A stretch of 64,000 nucleotides of DNA from a candidate division WOR-3 bacterium (GTDB taxonomy: Bacteria > Hydrothermota > Tepidihabitantia > Tepidihabitantales > DTDR01): assembly GCA_039801885.1 (NCBI GenBank), contig JBDRVN010000001.1, positions 9,716 to 73,715 of the forward strand, given 5' to 3'. The notes below the pieces were generated by a model. The model was not told where the DNA came from and did not search any database. It saw nothing but the letters and a program-made list of their open reading frames with translations. Position 1 is the stretch's first letter. The number at the start of each line of letters is the position of its first letter. A program made the translations under genes and the position numbers. This document shows, one piece after another, positions 50,001 through 58,834 of this stretch.

Positions 50001-50320
50001 AGGAATTAGAAAGAAAAGTTACTTCTGATAAATCACTTATCAGTTATTTTTATATTTATCCCAATCCCATTACCATTAATGATCAAAAGGGATATCTAAG
50101 ATTTTATCCCACCCAAGAAATAAAAGAAGCAAAGATTGAAATTTATGATTTTTCTTTCAAAAAAGTATTTGAAGATAAGATAAATAATTTAAAAATCTTA
50201 GATAATGAATATAGAATTGACATCAGAAAATTTAAAACCGGTATTTATCTTTTGAAACTGGAAGTTAATTCTCAAAATAATAAAGAAATAAAATATTATA
50301 AGTTTGGTGTTGTAAAATGA
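47096..50320 (+). CDS. Secreted M6-family (immune inhibitor A-like) metalloprotease with FG-GAP/VCBS-like repeats and T9SS-like C-terminal domain
   Basis: IFHAG, HEFVHLLGGYDLY, WSLMGYG, EYFLIENR and ILIWHIDE motifs; D.N.DG..EII repeats; YPNP..GIYLLK. The 5' end overlaps tRNA-Ser, so the start is uncertain. Confidence 0.88.
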   Translation: MIKNWRGGRVDEGARLEIANPPKSGSGVRIPPSPLFLFIIIFNLLFSEPFVVKRNENLREPNFYNKVIKRFSHYKSRRNKKLYSLPKRLTLNKQNIDTIRVLAIRVEFQEDDDTLTTGNGKMDLMGFLTEQDGLYYDPPHTKKYFENLLLGLRNYFWHNSLGKLHIEFKVMPEGALDAYQLPHSIKYYGDTMWKWPNYDFRGIEMGLCRLMEDAFILADQDTNINFSDYDYFIIFHAGSCAQTDIKENSPFDLWAATINSEALEYYLGKPYIEVDNGNKRIDIACILPEMTRQDTLLPNGKINYGGMMGMLGLFTHEFVHLLGGYDLYDVTGYSMGVGGWSLMGYGGWLGGYDCPPGTIPAYLDPFHKVLFGFFEPKVINLSLDSLFCFTMAMDSLLFSEKDTLPFIYKMTISEDEYFLIENRQTDVRKKDTIVVKRENGVVIGVEDGEYDFFLPGGGILIWHIDEKIIREYGPYNAININPAHKGVDLVEGDGIQDFDKFIYQDYYEMIGSKYDPFFKGGFLDSLTENTNPNSDGYYGKTYYRFRILSEPDTVMYFTFQNRLLRKELTKNFSEPLLSPLAADLNCDGKKEVIIPCSTGVIYAYEPDGNPYLGYEILCQLPSEITADLSIGDITGDSLLEIIIISYDRIVVIDAFGNFLFDLFLNGEIKSEALLYDGNNDNKKEIIVGTEKGYLYIINGEGRIRENFPIRLMGKIKLTPAICDSQIVVLTDDNQLYLLSLNGNIKIGFPISLSNSPFSSPSSPIISDFNNDGKKEILLLIPINLNYKLFIISSDGNIKYSSQEIMEYPSFSSLAIGDVNNDGNYDIIVFSKNKIFAFNYNLTLINNFPIFFDSTYLKEIILNGYLFYEEISFYFYTSPVIGDFDGDEICDIFAGLPNFGFSINKKQKLFTTGGIKTIPFITDLDNDSFVELLITTEDNYLYVYNTFGKENNIFWQTKLATTERDGRVLKELERKVTSDKSLISYFYIYPNPITINDQKGYLRFYPTQEIKEAKIEIYDFSFKKVFEDKINNLKILDNEYRIDIRKFKTGIYLLKLEVNSQNNKEIKYYKFGVVK
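47109..47197 (+). tRNA. tRNA-Ser(CGA)
   Basis: GGAGAGG/CCTCTCC acceptor stem, CGCGA-CTCGAAA-TCGCG anticodon arm, long variable arm CCCAC..GTGGG, G73. Confidence 0.93.
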
Positions 50321-52794
50321 ATTTTTTTTTGACAATCTTAATAATTTTCTATTCTGAGCAATTAATAAACGATTCAATTATTAAAAATGATTTTTTAATT
50401 AATGATGATAATATTGGCGGCGCCACCCAAGAAATTCCTAAAGGTACTTCTTATGGCATAAGAATAGCAATTACTTTTGGAGATTTCCGAGACGGCAATT
50501 GTTCGCCCTATTTTTTAATCCTTGATTTAAATGGCCAAAGGTTAATTGAAGAAAAAAGAGCAAGTGATGATGGTGGATTGAAATGGAAAGGGGAACCAGC
50601 GGTTGCCTTTTTCAATAATCGGATTGTAATTGTTTGGGAAGATAGAAGAAGTTGTAATTCTGATATCTATTATCAAATTTTTGATTCTTTGGGAAACGGA
50701 ATTTTAAGTAACCGAAAAGCAAACGATGATAATACTCAAAATGACCAAAGAGGTGCATCAATAGCCTTTCTGCCTAATGGAAATTTTATAATTGTTTGGG
50801 AAGATTGGCGCAATGATTATGGTGATATTTATGCCCAAATCTTTGATGAAAATGGCAATAAAATTGGCAATAATTTCCGAGTTAATGATGATCCTATTGG
50901 ATTTGCTTGGCAATATTCAGCACATATTGGTGTAAAAAGTAACGGCGAGTTTATTATTGTTTGGGAAGACGGCAGAAACGGCAATTGGGATATTTATGGT
51001 CAGATTTTTGATTCTAACGGTAATCGGATAGGCAATAATTTCAAAATCAACGATGACAATACTTCGGCTTGGCAATTCTCTTCAAGAATTTGTGTCAATA
51101 AAAATAATTATTGGTTAGTAGTTTGGGAAGATGAAAGGAATGGCAATTGGGATATTTACGCACAAATTTTTGATTCTCTAAGTAGAAGAATAGGTAATAA
51201 CTTTATTATTAATGATGACAATACTCTTACTAACCAAAATTTACCAAGTTGTGCAGCCGATACCCTTGGTAATTTTATTATTGCCTTTGCTTGTAATCGG
51301 AACGGTAATTCTGATATTTATAAACAAAGAATTACTCAAGAAGGAATAAAAATTGGTAATAATGAATTGATAAATGATGATGTTTCTAATACTTACCAAA
51401 CTTCCCCTTGGGTTATCTCGCTGGTTAATAACTATCATTTAATTTTGTGGCAGGATAATAGAGAGGGAAATGACGATATTTATGCCCAATTTTATGATGG
51501 AAATAATGTAAAAATTGGTATCAATTTTAAAATTAATAGGGATAATGCTTCTTCCCACCAAAGATGTCCATTTATTTCTGCAAATCAAGAAGTTTTTGGA
51601 ATTTGTTGGGAAGACGAGCGAGAAGAAGATTGTCATATTTATACTACTTTCTTTGATACCTTAGGAAATTTTTTAACCACTAATAGAAAAATCAGCGAAG
51701 TTAGTTATAATTTTTTTTCTTCTTTGGCAATTAATTCTTATAATAAATCTCTTCTCTCTTGGTTAACCGTAAGGGAAGTAAATACTGATGTTTATGGTCA
51801 AATAACCACTACCTTTGGAAACTTAATTGGGAATAATTTTAAAATCAACGATGATACCAATAATAGTTTTCAAGATTGGCCAATTGTCGCTTGTTCTCCA
51901 ATTGGAAAATTTTTAGTAATTTGGACTGATTATCGAGAAGAAAGGGCAACAATCTATGGACAATTTTTTGATTCCTTGGGTAAGAGAATTGGGAATAATT
52001 TCAAAGTAAGTGATAATAATGAGGGAAATGCCTTATACGGATTTTTAACTTTTGCTGATACTATTCCGGTATGTGTCTGGATGGATAATCGTTTAAGTGA
52101 TTATAATATCTATTTAAAAATCGGCAATAACCAAAGTATCTTAGTAAATGATGAAACAAATGATTTTCAAGGTTATCCAACTTGTGCCTTTAAAGATTCA
52201 ATAATTGTTGTTAGTTGGGAAGATGAAAAAAATGGCAATACTGATATTTATTGCCAGATCTTTAAGATTAATGGTGAGCGAATTGGCAGGAATATCTTAG
52301 TAAATGATGATAATACTAAATATGAACAATACTCACCTTCTATTGCCTTTACTAATGATGGTGAGTTTATTATTACTTTTTGTGATTTTAGAAAAGGATA
52401 TGGCGATGTTGATGTTTATGCTCAAAGATTTGATTATTACGGTAATAAAATTAGTAATAACCGATTGGTCCATGAGCCTGATTTGTTTTTTGGAAATAAT
52501 CAATGGACCTTATCCCAAAGTATTTCGGCTGTAAATGGTAATCTCGCTTTCTGTTGGGTCGACAATCGAAGACATAAAGGCTGGGATATTTATTGTAAAA
52601 TTGTAAAGAAAAATTATTTGTTTTTAGAAGAAAATAAAAAAATAAAGATTATTTCTAAATTAGATTTCAAAAAGAAAGAAATTTTTTCAATAATGGGAAG
52701 GGTACATAAAAGAAATTTAAAAACCGGCATCTATTTTGTAAAAAGAGGTAAAGAGTTTAAAAAAGTTATTTATTTGAAAGGAGGAAAAAAATGA
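50317..52794 (+). CDS. Secreted tandem-repeat (~60 aa x ~12) beta-rich protein with short C-terminal sorting-like domain
   Basis: Repeats of WED.RNGNWDIYAQIFDS.GN.IGNNF.INDD; C-terminal KTGIYFVK..KKVIYLK. Confidence 0.82.
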   Translation: MNFFLTILIIFYSEQLINDSIIKNDFLINDDNIGGATQEIPKGTSYGIRIAITFGDFRDGNCSPYFLILDLNGQRLIEEKRASDDGGLKWKGEPAVAFFNNRIVIVWEDRRSCNSDIYYQIFDSLGNGILSNRKANDDNTQNDQRGASIAFLPNGNFIIVWEDWRNDYGDIYAQIFDENGNKIGNNFRVNDDPIGFAWQYSAHIGVKSNGEFIIVWEDGRNGNWDIYGQIFDSNGNRIGNNFKINDDNTSAWQFSSRICVNKNNYWLVVWEDERNGNWDIYAQIFDSLSRRIGNNFIINDDNTLTNQNLPSCAADTLGNFIIAFACNRNGNSDIYKQRITQEGIKIGNNELINDDVSNTYQTSPWVISLVNNYHLILWQDNREGNDDIYAQFYDGNNVKIGINFKINRDNASSHQRCPFISANQEVFGICWEDEREEDCHIYTTFFDTLGNFLTTNRKISEVSYNFFSSLAINSYNKSLLSWLTVREVNTDVYGQITTTFGNLIGNNFKINDDTNNSFQDWPIVACSPIGKFLVIWTDYREERATIYGQFFDSLGKRIGNNFKVSDNNEGNALYGFLTFADTIPVCVWMDNRLSDYNIYLKIGNNQSILVNDETNDFQGYPTCAFKDSIIVVSWEDEKNGNTDIYCQIFKINGERIGRNILVNDDNTKYEQYSPSIAFTNDGEFIITFCDFRKGYGDVDVYAQRFDYYGNKISNNRLVHEPDLFFGNNQWTLSQSISAVNGNLAFCWVDNRRHKGWDIYCKIVKKNYLFLEENKKIKIISKLDFKKKEIFSIMGRVHKRNLKTGIYFVKRGKEFKKVIYLKGGKK

Positions 52795-53384
52795 TTTTTC
52801 TTTTAATTTCTTATCTTTTTAGTTTAAATCCCAAATTTTACGCCTTCTCTTCGTTAGTTGTCCCCGGAACCGGTGAATTACTTTTGAAAGAAAAGAAAGG
52901 CGAATATTTTATCTATTCCGATATTATCTTTATTTCTTTTTATCAGACTTTTAAATTCTTAGCAAAAAGGGATAACCAGAATGCTAAGATTTTTGCCTGC
53001 CAGTATGCAAAAGCAAACTTTTCCCAAAAGGAAAAATATTTTAATCTTTTAGAAATCTATTCTTCTAATGAAGAGTATAATGAAGAGGTTTTAAAGGATG
53101 CTAGAAATCTGTTTCCTGACGACCCGGAAAAACAGAAAGAATATTTAAGAAAAAATGGTTATTTTGATAACGATGCCTGGCGTTGGGAAAATAATTCTTT
53201 AAAGCTTGATTATTTTAGAAAAAGAAGAGAAGTAAGAAATAAAAAAATGGTTTCTTCTTTTTTCCTTTCCGGTTCAATTTTATTGAGAATTGGTTCTTTC
53301 TTAAACTGCTTATTTTTTAGTAAGAACAAAAATCTTTCATTAGAATTTCTTCCTTCAGGTCTTAAAATAAGTTATAATTTTTAA
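52791..53384 (+). CDS. Hypothetical membrane/exported protein
   Basis: SLVVPGTGE motif and hydrophobic segments; SD AGGAGG and ATGA overlap. Confidence 0.7.
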   Translation: MIFLLISYLFSLNPKFYAFSSLVVPGTGELLLKEKKGEYFIYSDIIFISFYQTFKFLAKRDNQNAKIFACQYAKANFSQKEKYFNLLEIYSSNEEYNEEVLKDARNLFPDDPEKQKEYLRKNGYFDNDAWRWENNSLKLDYFRKRREVRNKKMVSSFFLSGSILLRIGSFLNCLFFSKNKNLSLEFLPSGLKISYNF

Positions 53385-53385
53385 T

Positions 53386-54966
53386 ATGGAAACTTTAAAA
53401 ACGGATATTTTAGTGATTGGTAGTGGTATTGCTGGTCTATGGTATGCTTATAAAATTGCTGATTTTGGTAGTGTTTTATTAATTACTAAAAAAGAGAGTA
53501 GTGAAAGTAATACCAATTATGCCCAAGGTGGAATTGCCGCAGCAGTTGGTGAAGATGATTTACCAACTATCCATTATGAAGATACGGTAAAAGCCGGTGA
53601 AGGTTTGGCAAAAGAAAATATTGTCAAAATTGTTTGTGAAGAAGGTCCGAGGCTGGTTTATGAGTTGTATAATTTGGGCGTAGAATTTTTAACTTATTAT
53701 AACTCTTTTGGTAAATTAAGATTTGAATTGGGAAGAGAAGGCGGTCATTCGCGAAGAAGAATTGTCCACGCAAAAGATTATACCGGATACGCAATTGAAA
53801 AAGCATTAATAAATAGAGTGAAAGAAAAAAATGTAAAAATAATTGAAAACTGTTTTCTTATCGATCTTTTGGTAAAAGATAACGCTTGTTTTGGTGTTTA
53901 TGCTTTTGACCAAAAAGAAAAGAAGTTTATAAAGATATTATCCCATCTTACATTATTAGCAACCGGTGGTTTAGGACAAATTTATCTTCACACAACTAAT
54001 CCACCAATTGCTACCGGTGATGGAATTGCTATCGCTTTAGAAAAGGGAGTAAAAATTGCCAATATGGAGTTTATCCAATTTCATCCCACTTCTCTATTCG
54101 GCAGAAAAATAAATGGCCGCTCCTTTTTAATCTCAGAAGCAGTAAGAGGAGAAGGCGGAATTTTAAAAACTTTAGATGGCAAGACTTTTATGGAAAAATA
54201 TCATCCCTTGGCTTGTTTGGCTCCCAGAGATGTTGTTGCCCGGGCAATTGATAACGAATTAAAGAAGAGAAAAGAGGATTATGTTTTATTAGATTTAACA
54301 CATTTAAATCCCGAAAAAATAAAATCCCGTTTTCCAAGAATATACGAAACTTGTTTAAAATTGGGTATTGATATAGCAAAAGAACCGATTCCGGTGGTAC
54401 CAGCTGCTCATTATATCTGCGGCGGAATTTTGATAAATGAATATGGAGAAACTAATATAAAAAATTTACTCTCCGCGGGCGAAGCTGCTTGCTCCGGAAT
54501 GCATGGTGCCAATCGCTTGGCTTCTAATTCTTTATTGGAATCCTTAGTCTTTGCCGAAAGGGCATATTTAAAATCAAAGGAGTTATTAAAGGAAAAACAA
54601 AAAATTAAAGATTTCCAAATAAAAATTGATAAAATTTATGAAGATAAAAAAACTAACGATCTGGTTAAAGAGTTGAAAAAATTAATGTGGGAGAAAGTAG
54701 GTATTGTCCGTAATGATAAAGATTTACAACAAGCAATAGAAGAATTATATCAATTAAAAGAGGAGATTAATAAAATCTTAGAAAAAGGTATGAGTATCTC
54801 CTCTTTGGAAGCAAAGAATATGATTATCTGTGGCTTATTAATCGCCTATTCCGCAAGTTTAAGAAAGGAATCCCGCGGACTCCATTATAATCTTGACCAT
54901 CCAAAAAAAGATGATACCAATTTTAAGAAAGATACAATTTTAACAAAGAATGATATCTTTAGATAA
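53386..54966 (+). CDS. nadB: L-aspartate oxidase
   Basis: GSGIAGL, SNTNYAQGGIA, EGGHSRRRIVH, QFHPT, SEAVRGEG, HGANRLASNSLLE and ESRGLH motifs. Confidence 0.94.
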   Translation: METLKTDILVIGSGIAGLWYAYKIADFGSVLLITKKESSESNTNYAQGGIAAAVGEDDLPTIHYEDTVKAGEGLAKENIVKIVCEEGPRLVYELYNLGVEFLTYYNSFGKLRFELGREGGHSRRRIVHAKDYTGYAIEKALINRVKEKNVKIIENCFLIDLLVKDNACFGVYAFDQKEKKFIKILSHLTLLATGGLGQIYLHTTNPPIATGDGIAIALEKGVKIANMEFIQFHPTSLFGRKINGRSFLISEAVRGEGGILKTLDGKTFMEKYHPLACLAPRDVVARAIDNELKKRKEDYVLLDLTHLNPEKIKSRFPRIYETCLKLGIDIAKEPIPVVPAAHYICGGILINEYGETNIKNLLSAGEAACSGMHGANRLASNSLLESLVFAERAYLKSKELLKEKQKIKDFQIKIDKIYEDKKTNDLVKELKKLMWEKVGIVRNDKDLQQAIEELYQLKEEINKILEKGMSISSLEAKNMIICGLLIAYSASLRKESRGLHYNLDHPKKDDTNFKKDTILTKNDIFR

Positions 54967-55843
54967 TCTAATTGAAAAATTTCATTATTATCTTTTATTA
55001 GAAAGAAAATTAAGTAAAGTTTCTGCGGAATTTTATTTAAGCGACACTAAGGAATTTTTAAACTGGTTAAAAAAAAATTTAGAGGATACTTCGGAAGAAG
55101 AAATAAAAAAATTTATCCGATATTTAGGAGAAAAAAAGAGGAATTCCTCAACAGTTGCTCGGAAAATTTCTTCTTTAAGGTCTTTTTTTTATTTCTTAAA
55201 TAAAGAAGGAGTAATTTCAAAAAATCCGTTAGAAGAAATTGAAGCTCCTAAATTAAAAAGAAAATTGCCAACAGTCCTAACCATTTCAGAAATTGAAAAA
55301 TTGTTTAACACTTTGGAAAATAAAAAGGATTTAGAAGGTATTCGAGCAAAAGCAATGTTGGAATTACTTTATGCTACTGGTATAAGGGTTTCCGAACTTT
55401 TAAATTTGAAAATTAACGATTTAAATTTAGAAGAGGGATTTATAAGAGTGTTTGGAAAAAGAGATAAAGAAAGGATTGTGCCGATGGGCGAACCGGCGAT
55501 CTTAGCAATCAAAGAATACCTCAATTTGGTGCGACCTTCCCTTTTAAATAAAAAAGATATATCAATCCCTTATCTCTTTTTAAACCAAAGGGGAAAGAAG
55601 CTTACCCGTATGGGCTTTTGGAAAATCTTAAAAAAATATGTGAAATTAGCCAGTATTGAGAAAAAAATCACCCCCCATACTTTTCGCCACACCTTTGCTA
55701 CCCATCTTTTAGAAGGCGGAGCAAATTTAAGAGTTGTCCAGGAGTTATTAGGCCATTCCAATATTTCAACTACCCAAATTTATACTAAAATAAATAAAGA
55801 GTATTTAAGACAAATCTATGATGCCTTCCATCCCCGAAGATAA
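54950..55843 (+). CDS. xerD: Tyrosine recombinase XerD
   Basis: LYATGIRVSEL, LTRMGFWK and HTFRHTFATHLLEGGANLRVVQELLGH..ISTTQIYT motifs. Confidence 0.87.
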   Translation: MISLDNLIEKFHYYLLLERKLSKVSAEFYLSDTKEFLNWLKKNLEDTSEEEIKKFIRYLGEKKRNSSTVARKISSLRSFFYFLNKEGVISKNPLEEIEAPKLKRKLPTVLTISEIEKLFNTLENKKDLEGIRAKAMLELLYATGIRVSELLNLKINDLNLEEGFIRVFGKRDKERIVPMGEPAILAIKEYLNLVRPSLLNKKDISIPYLFLNQRGKKLTRMGFWKILKKYVKLASIEKKITPHTFRHTFATHLLEGGANLRVVQELLGHSNISTTQIYTKINKEYLRQIYDAFHPRR

Positions 55844-56945
55844 AAATGGGAAAATCTGCCCCTATTTTAATAAATGTGGTGGTTGCGAGTTTCAAAATTT
55901 ATCTTATGAAGAGCAACTAAATAGAAAAATTAATTTAGTAAAAGAATCTCTAAATATCTCTCATCTCCAAGTATTTCCTTCCAAACCTTTTCACTATCGT
56001 AACCGGATGGATTTTGCCTTTTTTAAAAATGGTATTGGTTTAAGAGAAAAAGGAAAATGGTATAAATTTGTTGATATTGAATATTGTTTAATCGCCAAAG
56101 AGAAGATAAATGTTCTTTTAAAAGAAGTAAGAGAATTTTTTAAAGATATTGATAGTTTTGATATTAGAAAACATACCGGCACCTTTCGTTATGCAGTAAT
56201 TAGAAGCGTTTTAACTTCTAACATTTCAATTATCATTAATCAAGAAAGTGAAAAGAAAGAAGAGGCAATAAATTTAATCAAAAACTTTGCCTTTATTACC
56301 TCTGCCGAAAATCTTTTAGTTTGTGAAATTCCGCCTAATGCCGATGTGAGCATTTCCGAAAACTACCAGGTAATTAAAGGAATTGATTTACTATATACAA
56401 AAATAAAGGAAAAAGAGTTTTATTTCCATTCTCAGGGTTTCTTTCAAATAAATGATAATTTAATTGAAAACCTACATCAATATGTTACACAAATTTTAGA
56501 AAAATATGACACCACTAATGGCGAACTTTTAGATTTTTATGGTGGCGTAGGCGTTTTTGGAATTATTAATAGTGAAAAATTTAAACAAATTATCATTATT
56601 GACAACTATCCCTTGTCATTAAATTTAGTAAAAAGAAATTGTGAAATAAATAAAATTAAAAATATTTCCTTCTTTTTATTAGAAGATAAAAACTTAAAAG
56701 AACTCTCTTTTAAAAATCCCCTATTTGTGATTGCTGATCCACCAAGAGTCGGAATTCATCCCAAAGCAATAAAATATTTAAACAAACAAAAGCCGGAATT
56801 AATAATCTATATTTCTTGCAATCTCAACCAACTGATAAAGGATTTAAAAGAGTTTACCAATTACCAAATAAAATCGGTTGCTTTCTTTGACTTTTTCCCC
56901 CAAACAAGAAATATTGAACTGGTTTGCGAACTTGTCCCTATTTAA
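55818..56945 (+). CDS. RlmD/TrmA family RNA (uracil-5)-methyltransferase
   Basis: CPYFNKCGGC, YRNRMDF, FFQIN, DPPRVG, YISCN and DFFPQT..IE motifs. Confidence 0.88.
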   Translation: MMPSIPEDKNGKICPYFNKCGGCEFQNLSYEEQLNRKINLVKESLNISHLQVFPSKPFHYRNRMDFAFFKNGIGLREKGKWYKFVDIEYCLIAKEKINVLLKEVREFFKDIDSFDIRKHTGTFRYAVIRSVLTSNISIIINQESEKKEEAINLIKNFAFITSAENLLVCEIPPNADVSISENYQVIKGIDLLYTKIKEKEFYFHSQGFFQINDNLIENLHQYVTQILEKYDTTNGELLDFYGGVGVFGIINSEKFKQIIIIDNYPLSLNLVKRNCEINKIKNISFFLLEDKNLKELSFKNPLFVIADPPRVGIHPKAIKYLNKQKPELIIYISCNLNQLIKDLKEFTNYQIKSVAFFDFFPQTRNIELVCELVPI

Positions 56946-56949
56946 ATAT

Positions 56950-57264
56950 TTATAATCGCCATAAGAATTTGATTAACTCCCAGATTAAGAAAAAACCAAG
57001 AAGGATAAAAATCAATGGACCACCTAAGACATAAAAGGCTCTTAAAAAATCTAAGGGTCTTAATATAATTTCCGGTCGGATGATTAAAAGCCAAAAGATT
57101 GAGCCAATAACCACTGGAATCCATAATATTATCAAAAGAAAAATAATTGATTTAGAAAATTCCTTTTTAAAAATAAGCACCAAAGTAGTTGTTAAGACAA
57201 TCAAGCTATATATCCCAAAAACAAAAAGAAAATTTATTAAAAAAGAACCAAGTTTTTCTGCCAC
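56950..57264 (-). CDS. Small membrane protein (~3 TM)
   Basis: Hydrophobic ORF; TTGATA-N16-TATAAT promoter 5 nt before GTG 57264. Confidence 0.6.
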   Translation of the reverse strand: MAEKLGSFLINFLFVFGIYSLIVLTTTLVLIFKKEFSKSIIFLLIILWIPVVIGSIFWLLIIRPEIILRPLDFLRAFYVLGGPLIFILLGFFLIWELIKFLWRL

Positions 57265-57388
57265 CAAAAATTATAAATTAAATTATTTATCTATCAATAT
57301 TAAAAAAATCTCTGGTTTTAGCCTCCTAAAAAATTTTCCTTGACATTTTAAAAATTTTTGCTGGATTTATATAGAAGGTTCTTTAATT

Positions 57389-57704
57389 TTAAAAGAAAAA
57401 TGATCTAAAAAACTTTTCATAGTTTATTTTATCTTTTTTAAAAGAGATAACATTCGTCTGCGAACATTTTGCAAACGATTGAGAAAGTATGTCACATATA
57501 CTTTTCCCCTTTTTTATTTTTTTATCATATATTCTATCCACTTTTTCACCAGATATTTTACCTTCTTCTATTAACCGACGAATATGTTGAGGAATATTCC
57601 TAACCGTTTGGCAAGCTGCGGAACAGAAATAAAACCAAGCTCTTTTATTCTCCCTTAATCTCTTCCTTTTTAGATAATTCATATAATCTTTTGTATATTT
57701 TCAT
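57389..57704 (-). pseudogene. Frameshifted excisionase-like (HTH_17/MerR-type) DNA-binding gene remnant
   Basis: SD GAGGA plus ATG 57704. Joining frames gives FISVPQLAKRLGI/PQHIRRLIEEGKISGEKVDRIY; two frameshifts are needed. Confidence 0.6.
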
Positions 57705-57944
57705 TTTTTATCCTCGGCTACTATAATAAATAAAGGAATAAATATCAAAGAGGGTATTTCAAAATGTCCTAAAAAGTCCCTAAATGTCTCTTTCTTTTCT
57801 TCCGATTTTTCCCTATATTATTAGTAATGATTTTAAAAAAGAGTTTTTTGATGGCAAATGCACCAATTATAATTACTGCTGAGATTAAAACGGTAGATAT
57901 TCTTGATTATAAAAATTTGATAAGGAAATTGGAAGAGAAGCGAA

Positions 57945-58090
57945 AAAAAATTCCTGTTGGGGGGATGATACAGGGTAGGGCTTAGGTATATGGATAATAA
58001 GATTATTATTAATGGGAATAATAATACTTATATTAACGGTAATAATAATACCTTTATTAATGGCTTTAATAATAAGTTTATTTTTTAGAA
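57945..58090. repeat. Intergenic 24-nt periodic element, homologous to 5811..5990
   Basis: Head aaaaaattcctgttggggggatgatacagggtagggc; 18-nt and 24-nt exact matches to the 5.9-kb copy. Confidence 0.7.
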
Positions 58091-58489
58091 TTTGGCAGGA
58101 CTTAAATAACTTGTGGAGGTATTGCTATGCCTATCAGACCATCTGATAGGAAGATAAGAAAATGGAAATCTAAAGCAAATTCCATAACAATTTACCTTTT
58201 TTATATCAAATTACAAGATACTAAATTATCCAGTGATTGCTTTTATGAATTATAACAATATCAATCTAAATGAACTTGCCGGAATATTTAGTAATCTTCT
58301 TAAAGTTATATGGCTCTTAATTGGAGTGATAAAAAGTTATTAAGGCATATTAAATTTCATTGTCGGGCTCAATATAGTTGCTGTTTTGAATTTAATTATA
58401 ATATTGGCTATCGTATTGGCTTTTCCGAGAAGACGGTAAGAAACGCAAAAAAGAAATCATTAAAATATTAGAAAAAATTTATTAGATTA

Positions 58490-58739
58490 GATAGAACCCA
58501 ATTTGATGGTACTCGTGATTTTTCCGAAAGTTTGCAGTAGTAAATATGGGTGGCAAAACAGAAGAAATTGATGTTACTGTTGGTAGTAAATAGGAATAGA
58601 TTAATAAGGAAGGTGAATACATAGTAAAACCAAAATTTGATGAGGTTTCTTCTTTTTCTGAAGGTTTGGCAAAATAAGAATTGGTGACAAATATTTTTAT
58701 ATTAACAAGAAAGGTAAAATTGTTAAAAAAATTGAATGA
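58490..58739 (+). pseudogene. Degraded WG-repeat (KWG-like) protein remnant
   Basis: IEPQFDGTRDFSESL/AVV and INKEGEYIVKPKFDEVSSFSEGLAK/RIGDKYFYINKKGKIV, with frameshifts and stops. Confidence 0.7.
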
Positions 58740-58800
58740 ATAAATTGATTAAAATTATGGATAGATTAAAAAAGAGAATAATTAATAAAAGGCAATTTCC

Positions 58801-58828
58801 TTGACTTATTTTTTCTTTTAGTTATAAT
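58801..58828 (+). promoter_or_regulatory. Sigma70-type promoter, likely giving a leaderless mRNA
   Basis: TTGACT-N16-TATAAT; ATG is 6 nt after the -10 box and there is no SD. Confidence 0.65.
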
Positions 58829-58834
58829 TTTGTT

